Shown: piece after piece, positions 49,001 through 52,782 of the stretch
Position numbering within the stretch: the stretch's first letter is position 1
How the letters are laid out: the number at the start of each line of letters is the position of its first letter
Origin: a virus
Taxonomy: Duplodnaviria; Caudoviricetes
IMG/VR virus record: IMGVR_UViG_3300017776_000018
Coordinates: 1 to 52,782 of that record
Length of the DNA stretch: 52,782 nt
Direction: 5' to 3' (one strand)
Notes under the pieces: generated by a model
The model's database searches: none
Seen by the model: the letters and a program-made list of their open reading frames with translations, nothing else
What the model was told of the DNA's origin: nothing
Made by a program: the position numbers and the translations under genes

Positions 49001-50608
49001 AACGACAACGATTTGACCACCACAGGAACATTGACCAATCTTGCTGGCGTTTCGGTATCGGATTTCACAGGGCTTGAGTTGTATTTCACCGACGTTTCCA
49101 GCATCCCATCATCAGCACCAGGTTCAATTCGCTATGCTCGAAGCCCATTGGTCAAGCAAGCAATTGCACCAACGCTGGTGGATAACGCCGTGATTGCTAT
49201 GCAACTTGTTTCACAAGCATGGTATTACTACGACGAAACCACCAACGTTGTGAGCAAAACGGCTTTGAATTATCGTGGACTTTTGCACTACGAACCTTCC
49301 GACTTCATCATGGCGACTCAACGGCCATTTGAAATCAAGAACGGCAGCAACCGTGGCGTGATTCAAAACAAGAACTCACTTGATGAAATCCGTTCCGATG
49401 GCCGCATTATTTCAAACGATTTCACCCCCCCGTATATCATTGATTCAAACAATATCAAATGGAGAGTCGTTGAGGTTATTCGTGAACAAAAGAACGCCGT
49501 CATGGTGTTCAAGGACATGTCGGGCAAGAGCCTATCGGATTCGGGCATGGCCGTTGGCGATGTGATCGCGGGTCAGGCTGGCTACATCGGCCTTCGAACA
49601 TCGGATGCAGCCATGCACCTTCTCAACGATGCAGGAGGAAGCGTTGCTGGAATCACAATCACGCCAACCTCCGCCATGCACGACAACTCAAAGGACATTG
49701 AAACGTATTTGGGCGCACACCCAATGCTACGTCAAATCAACGACCATTCCAAGCAATACGTTTCACGTGATACGAGAGGACTCAACACAATGGAGGTGTT
49801 GCGAAACATTTCACAATTGGATGGTCGCCAAATCATCAACGAGCGCAACGGAACAATCGTATTCTCGGATAAAGTGTTCAAGGAGAAGGGCATTCGCATT
49901 GGAATTGAGAATGGCGTTCAATCTGTCAAAGTCAGCAAGTTGTTTGATTCTCCAAACGAGATTGTCATTGTTGGTGATGTTATCGCTGGCAACGAAATTG
50001 TGTTCATCCGTGTTCGTGATAGCGAGAAAATACGTCAAGCCTCAGCAGGTGGCGAAGAGGAAGTTATCAAAACACTACGGCAACAGATTCCTGGTGTCAA
50101 GAGCGTGTCGGCTGCACGTAAGTTGGCAAAGACCCTCCTTGCGAGGGCTGAGAATGGCGCACCGATGATTTACATTCAAGGATTGATGAACGCTACGTCT
50201 GTTGAGGCTGGCGACATCATAGATGTCAATTTGCCAACTCAAGGCGTGGTCGGCAAGTTCGTTGTGTTTGAAGCAAAGCATCATTATCAATCGCTCAAAA
50301 CCGACCTCACCGTTGCTCAATACGAGAAGGGCATTGAGGGTATTTTGGCCGACATCAAAACCAGCACCGTTGATTCAAGCGGATTGAGCGCAAGTTCTGG
50401 CGATAAGGACATCAAAGAAAACCTTGCTATGTCAGCCTCAGTTGCCATCATCAGCGTTCATCGAGTCCGTATTCGCAACGTCAATGAAACAGGCTTCATT
50501 ATCGGTGCAAGGCACAAAAACGGGCTTGGAAAGATAGGTGTTCGGGATGGGAATAAAAGAGGCTTCCCCATCGGCATGAGTAAGAGCCGAAATTACGTGG
50601 TGAAGTGA
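43034..50608 (+). CDS. Giant tail-tip protein (2524 aa) with internal LamG and C-terminal baseplate-hub-like domain
   Basis: PVLWLKGDSL...KIAEVIQYNRKLT (LamG); MEVLRNISQLDG...NEIVIVG...AARKLAKTLL...VEAGDIIDV (hub/Tal-like). Confidence 0.75.
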   Translation: MADVYSRYIDPAATGSWGATSTGEFASGIFAMHITYPDTEYGDTVENWQSGVNSVDWRQGVSLLIRTPLASASATISEATNVIAIDLKQAKANHANPNYTYDLGTEEAARFIAAKINSRRIKMKGENDLTKYLRARYVRQSLPHKYEVEVVRFQAQGGGTTTLEVELPTKDKYGFPSELPNDFTLKVESSGVSPHIAAGSYSNPSIKATKHGVSGDFGEVEVILDSTPTITGSPSAGDALTNTFTLIGESPKHTIAITWDNYTPSTNDGYWGAANCGPVVQGMGAIGVHRLVAKPMDGGNMGLPALNYDSRSGITAVEHSSNHGYNRFSIEGLNSCVMAEMPPPDRKTRYPVVQGITTLHPDTEGDLASNRLRIQELEYGTEVFSDSSTSGEVNVENGRYPQTFTNSVAVEHYVPTGSNGVHLKNINNDSTSIKHGLNDSSEKAYARPFRITQDLNAERVQGLQITNEHLVFESMNVVDDLGNELILEGGSPFGTIIRDFEVQNARENPATGEMVVGPSAPSDTVPPNLRIQLPKQEEIPGGIFVRSGHDRVQAWSNQTWGMGGLTAPDPRAAGEPESASPYDPSQYETHDRSLVFHCERILHDGLESVFGLDLSVKAGAVPSGTTRLFSAHRMSDHTERGSLLKQTNNGAETGNPIPHHRIRFGRQGHSFVMPLCHRGTPMSMRRQLHRSHGSAYSLMFEGETEYKHFGFGNTNSTNSSSVFQLDSLDVKTASAVHSTGSFSSDGLPLDELKGMRGYDVDGAYTSATHRSVPDYLFAPGQTHTSVEGTPQDVAFALAEIDGSISTGAATKLSLQGSTLTANNRFTTASEFMVNGFFLNNYLGIGGRPEPIRRVAIDSGGNWFVRGYHEGVIRPRVATELATVPPLVCHDPALLNMAGSPYANHATVPATSWIQASSSEIDMALVKARDTSTGGTPDAFLCTWLAEYSHPAFFGTMREHFMSFRYREAGMPRSLNYPSTRGLFLRNQSVDGNYGTTGSPAVSLPFERIYVAQWMQNYAYNGLNAGGHGNVEGLRGVGAVFMGHTTRREAHGTIQLYNQNGTARYSRGEGIGDSLNPRSSIAVVQGIDVDGDSEDLNKQFFVLDPYVAIDVSRRLPVRAWGIRSGSSAPNMLAGDPTETQNTYAMLNSGRFDGGKHDSMEDIPQGVDAFTNDTNIRSNTANRGGITRSIPVGFVANDFTTEAHPFERNTRQANERIKAQDEQLGIGSNLGITSNGQLSPHAQAAGSWDYETNDTRPTTLPVSGPVLWLKGDSLGLEDGAAVSSWVDSSANNWEFTQGSASAQPTFIKRDPIVNNHPVIDCDGNDFLQIDFQEELNPVEMTLFTVAYVDSDDGGIHGIVESRSGSPVARSGFNLYGRMDSGNKWQFWMGGNTGWPNVETATNSLEGSVPDIITGKIYGGNGNGSNATQEIYENGYLADSQTALFWRSTASTYMVGRVPGSFYLNGKIAEVIQYNRKLTTQEQYEVEAYLSRKYAISISTSASLSHSGRINNADKIPLNKGTDPFIDLVQRSGSTSYSQEHSLGGIITTTLDERFGASSNFYHLKGNALHTNGHAITESKGEISYPPNGYSTAVVSSLTVDDARPDLVNEISETRQIQSRSEPRLGLIMEVESERNDNKDVNYSITGTRALSLHTDLMLGHHFPVLPSHVVKSKMANIGFSKDGTGSAATVPDYDIKPTWSPDSNNSKGAVALSGDTVKTAYKTHALDAWAVRGVSDLPAWGGVFILRKTYLNREDSEDAPLNTEIDSNTNRATTSHPRRKYVDYIVRPVRPLKLFGFASDLLQDGWTMGPQSSVSTATLASQAFDRDKRYGVFEMNYSRGVNGIEPITSAGSTFAIDYPDSNEYDVVWHIIPTANMLQFAKADAHRIDDGGFFNPKIEARYSQAQTTGGGEPIYQSETRYATTTGIMGDHARQTKQHEITQSKEAMRYFPRVKVLANKGSGVFLVDDSSVLPATGKLFALDHSGVITYSAINDNDLTTTGTLTNLAGVSVSDFTGLELYFTDVSSIPSSAPGSIRYARSPLVKQAIAPTLVDNAVIAMQLVSQAWYYYDETTNVVSKTALNYRGLLHYEPSDFIMATQRPFEIKNGSNRGVIQNKNSLDEIRSDGRIISNDFTPPYIIDSNNIKWRVVEVIREQKNAVMVFKDMSGKSLSDSGMAVGDVIAGQAGYIGLRTSDAAMHLLNDAGGSVAGITITPTSAMHDNSKDIETYLGAHPMLRQINDHSKQYVSRDTRGLNTMEVLRNISQLDGRQIINERNGTIVFSDKVFKEKGIRIGIENGVQSVKVSKLFDSPNEIVIVGDVIAGNEIVFIRVRDSEKIRQASAGGEEEVIKTLRQQIPGVKSVSAARKLAKTLLARAENGAPMIYIQGLMNATSVEAGDIIDVNLPTQGVVGKFVVFEAKHHYQSLKTDLTVAQYEKGIEGILADIKTSTVDSSGLSASSGDKDIKENLAMSASVAIISVHRVRIRNVNETGFIIGARHKNGLGKIGVRDGNKRGFPIGMSKSRNYVVK

Positions 50609-50609
50609 G

Positions 50610-51014
50610 ATGGACGGGAATTGCTACCAATGCGCTTATCGTGCGCTTTCAACAGGAAATCCCGAATGGCAAAACCCACGCTTAGTCCATGCCGACATCA
50701 CGCATTCACACACAGGCGATCCATATTCACACGCTTACGTCGTTTATGACAAAGCACTTCCTTTTCCAGAACCAATGCCCAAAGAATGGGGGGGCAACAT
50801 TCCAACAATGGAGTTCGTGCATGACCAGTCCAATTCATTCAAAGGATCGGATGATACGCCACGTGTGTTCTATGAAATGATGGCAAGACCAAATTATGAA
50901 ACAATGCGTGAATACACGCTGGAACAAATGATGGAACAGGCTATGAAACATGGGCATTACGGACCCTGGATTGATGATGAAAAACCGTTTAAAAAAGCAT
51001 GGAAGATGATGTGA
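50610..51014 (+). CDS. Papain/transglutaminase-like Cys-His-Asp fold protein
   Basis: GNCY...LVH...HAYV...D; ends with PFKKAWKMM. Confidence 0.6.
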   Translation: MDGNCYQCAYRALSTGNPEWQNPRLVHADITHSHTGDPYSHAYVVYDKALPFPEPMPKEWGGNIPTMEFVHDQSNSFKGSDDTPRVFYEMMARPNYETMREYTLEQMMEQAMKHGHYGPWIDDEKPFKKAWKMM

Positions 51015-51015
51015 T

Positions 51016-51357
51016 ATGCCAGTTCTTGACCCCCTAAAAGCCGCTTTGACCGACCACCTCCAAACGCTCATCAAGAAGTGTTCGCTTGGTTCTGGGGCTT
51101 CCGATGCCTCAAGCCGTGATGGAGGCGCAGGGAACACCAAAATGAGCCGTGATACGACCATTCAACGTATTGATGATCGGACAATCTCGGTGAGCGCATT
51201 ATTTGACACCCAATTATCCAGCGAACAGGACATCACCGAAGTTGTGCTTCATGGCACAAACCCTCTTGATTCGCCAAGTTTTAGGGCAACTTTCATGCCT
51301 ATAACAAAGAACGGCACAAATGAAGTCCGTGTGGATATTTTGATGGAGGTTCGATAA
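51016..51357 (+). CDS. Putative tail fibre/collar-associated protein
   Basis: LGSG...D...ITEVVL...RATFMPITK pattern resembling tail-collar fibre N-terminal domains. Confidence 0.5.
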   Translation: MPVLDPLKAALTDHLQTLIKKCSLGSGASDASSRDGGAGNTKMSRDTTIQRIDDRTISVSALFDTQLSSEQDITEVVLHGTNPLDSPSFRATFMPITKNGTNEVRVDILMEVR

Positions 51358-51791
51358 TGTCCGACTTGAAAAAGAAAAAATGTTGCTGCGGTGCAACTGA
51401 AAAGAATCCCTGCGCTTGTATGAAAAAGGGAATTATGAAATGTTCAGCAAAAGAGCCTATGTGCCAATGCTACAAGGACTTGAAGAAACAGGGCAAGCAC
51501 CCTGCTGATTTGAAGAAATCATTCAATGGTGCATGGTTGATTATGAAGGCTGATGAGGCCGACGTTGGCATTTGCGATGGTTGCATGGAAACCGCCTTAA
51601 TTGGTCGTCTTTCAACGGGTCAAGGCAATGCTTTGCTTTGCTACGATTGCTGGCGAAAGGAGATGCAATGGCGGCATTTAAGAAATGTGGACCTGGAAGA
51701 ATCAGGAGGCTACGTCCACCCCAACGATTATTTCGAAATTGAAACATGGCCGCATAGCGACATGGAACCTGGAATGGAGGGCTACCAATGA
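51357..51791 (+). CDS. Metallothionein-like Cys cluster plus Zn-finger modular protein
   Basis: CCCG..CAC..C..CQC; SFNGAWLIMK|A; CDGC...CYDC. Confidence 0.7.
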   Translation: MSDLKKKKCCCGATEKNPCACMKKGIMKCSAKEPMCQCYKDLKKQGKHPADLKKSFNGAWLIMKADEADVGICDGCMETALIGRLSTGQGNALLCYDCWRKEMQWRHLRNVDLEESGGYVHPNDYFEIETWPHSDMEPGMEGYQ

Positions 51792-52507
51792 GCGATTATG
51801 ACCCCTATGCGCCAAGACCACTTTCAGGATTGGCAAGAGGGCAACATGATTCATACGCTCCAACTTGGATGAACAAGGTGATTGAACCCGCAGAATACAC
51901 CGAGGACGGTCGAAGAATACGAATGAAAGGGCTTACTGAGGATGAAGCCAACATGGTGCGAGATGAATTGAAACATGGAAATGAGGTGAGGACGGCTCCC
52001 GATGGGACATTCATGCTGCTTCACGCTGATCATCCTCGATATAATGAAGGAACAGATTACTCACAGGGTTCGCCTAAACGCATTGCCATGATGGAAGCAT
52101 ACCAAAAAAGGAATGAAGAATACCGAAAAAAACACGGGTTGAAAAAAATGAACGATGAAACATTTGAGATTGCATGGGAACTGATGAAAAGCGACGAGAA
52201 GGGCGACAACGCCCCAACCAATCCTGGTCTTTGGGCGCAAGCCAAATCAAAGGCACGTTCTAAGTTCAAGGTTTATCCGTCTGCCTACGCCAACGGTTGG
52301 GCTGCTAAATGGTATAAATCCAAAGGTGGCGGCTGGAAGAAGAAAGGCAAGAGCAACAAGAAAGTGAAGAAATCCGACGATGAAGGATGGACTGATAACG
52401 ACCTTCAATGCCGAATGTGCAAATACGTTCAAACCCCTGAAGAATGGGAAGCAAAGAACTGTAAAAAGTGTGGGACAAGGAATATGCTTCATCCGTTTTG
52501 GCGTTGA
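51788..52507 (+). CDS. Three-module protein (unknown / basic YPSAYA module / Zn ribbon)
   Basis: TFEIAWELMK|S; PTNPGLWAQAK..KFKVYPSAYANGW; VKK|S...CRMC...CKKC. Confidence 0.7.
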   Translation: MSDYDPYAPRPLSGLARGQHDSYAPTWMNKVIEPAEYTEDGRRIRMKGLTEDEANMVRDELKHGNEVRTAPDGTFMLLHADHPRYNEGTDYSQGSPKRIAMMEAYQKRNEEYRKKHGLKKMNDETFEIAWELMKSDEKGDNAPTNPGLWAQAKSKARSKFKVYPSAYANGWAAKWYKSKGGGWKKKGKSNKKVKKSDDEGWTDNDLQCRMCKYVQTPEEWEAKNCKKCGTRNMLHPFWR

Positions 52508-52513
52508 TGCTTC

Positions 52514-52782
52514 ATGATTGACGTTCCCGTTTCCGATCTCATCTCAAAGGACTTGAGGCGATGGTTCAAGGAAAAGTGGGTGGACGTTTCACGTAAGGGC
52601 AAAGACGGCAAGCACCCTCCCTGTGGGCGTGGTGAAGCCAAAACCGATAGCAGGGGCTACCCCAAGTGCCGACCATCAAAGAAGGTCAGCAGCAAGACCC
52701 CTGAAACCACACGTGGCATCAGTTCGAAGGAGAAGAAGGCAATGACTCGCAGGAAGCGGTCAAAGCCACAGGGCGTTGGTGG
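52514..52782 (+). CDS. Partial basic protein (LRRWFKEKWVD...CGR...YPKCRP family)
   Basis: Manually translated: MIDVPVSDLISK|DLRRWFKEKWVDVSRKGKDGKHPPCGR...GYPKCRPSKKVSSKTP; open to the window end. Confidence 0.7.
   Translation, partial: MIDVPVSDLISKDLRRWFKEKWVDVSRKGKDGKHPPCGRGEAKTDSRGYPKCRPSKKVSSKTPETTRGISSKEKKAMTRRKRSKPQGVG

Noticed and set aside
1-52782. Genome-wide stop-codon reassignment
   Set aside because: The standard code yields full-length, densely packed genes; TAG, TAA and TGA all end genes at sensible boundaries.
1-52782. tRNA, rRNA, integrase, transposase or diversity-generating retroelement
   Set aside because: Intergenic gaps are too short for RNA genes, and no recombinase or reverse transcriptase motifs or template/variable repeat pairs were noticed by eye.

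Overview
This window is the virion-morphogenesis arm of a tailed archaeal dsDNA virus (Caudoviricetes). It most resembles a marine Poseidoniales (Marine Group II) 'magrovirus'-type genome; that assignment is inferred from the major capsid protein and portal sequence style and the archaeal GGTGA/GAGGTGA ribosome-binding sites. Nearly all genes lie on the + strand and are tightly packed. (1) 0.2-3.9 kb: an RHH regulator and a membrane-protein cluster built around an Arf/Sar1-like small GTPase. (2) 4-22 kb: large terminase, portal and many low-complexity or modular head-associated proteins, including a degenerate LAGLIDADG domain and a degenerate ATP-dependent ligase domain. (3) 22-32 kb: HK97-type prohead protease-scaffold, major capsid protein, minor head proteins, an enlarged adaptor, a terminator and an enlarged tail tube. 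(4) 32-51 kb: tail chaperones joined by a -1 slippery site, tape measure, a Dit-like protein and three giant LamG-containing tail-tip proteins; no sheath gene is evident. (5) 50.6-52.8 kb: small modular genes. Two candidate undescribed systems stand out. The first is a recurrent hydrophobic-x-K|[A/S/G] and F-x-x-[A/S]-W-x(3-4)-K signal that separates small Cys-rich and enzyme-like modules in many proteins, suggesting protease-processed capsid cargo. The second is the GTPase-membrane operon. All functional calls come from reading motifs by eye; no searches were run.
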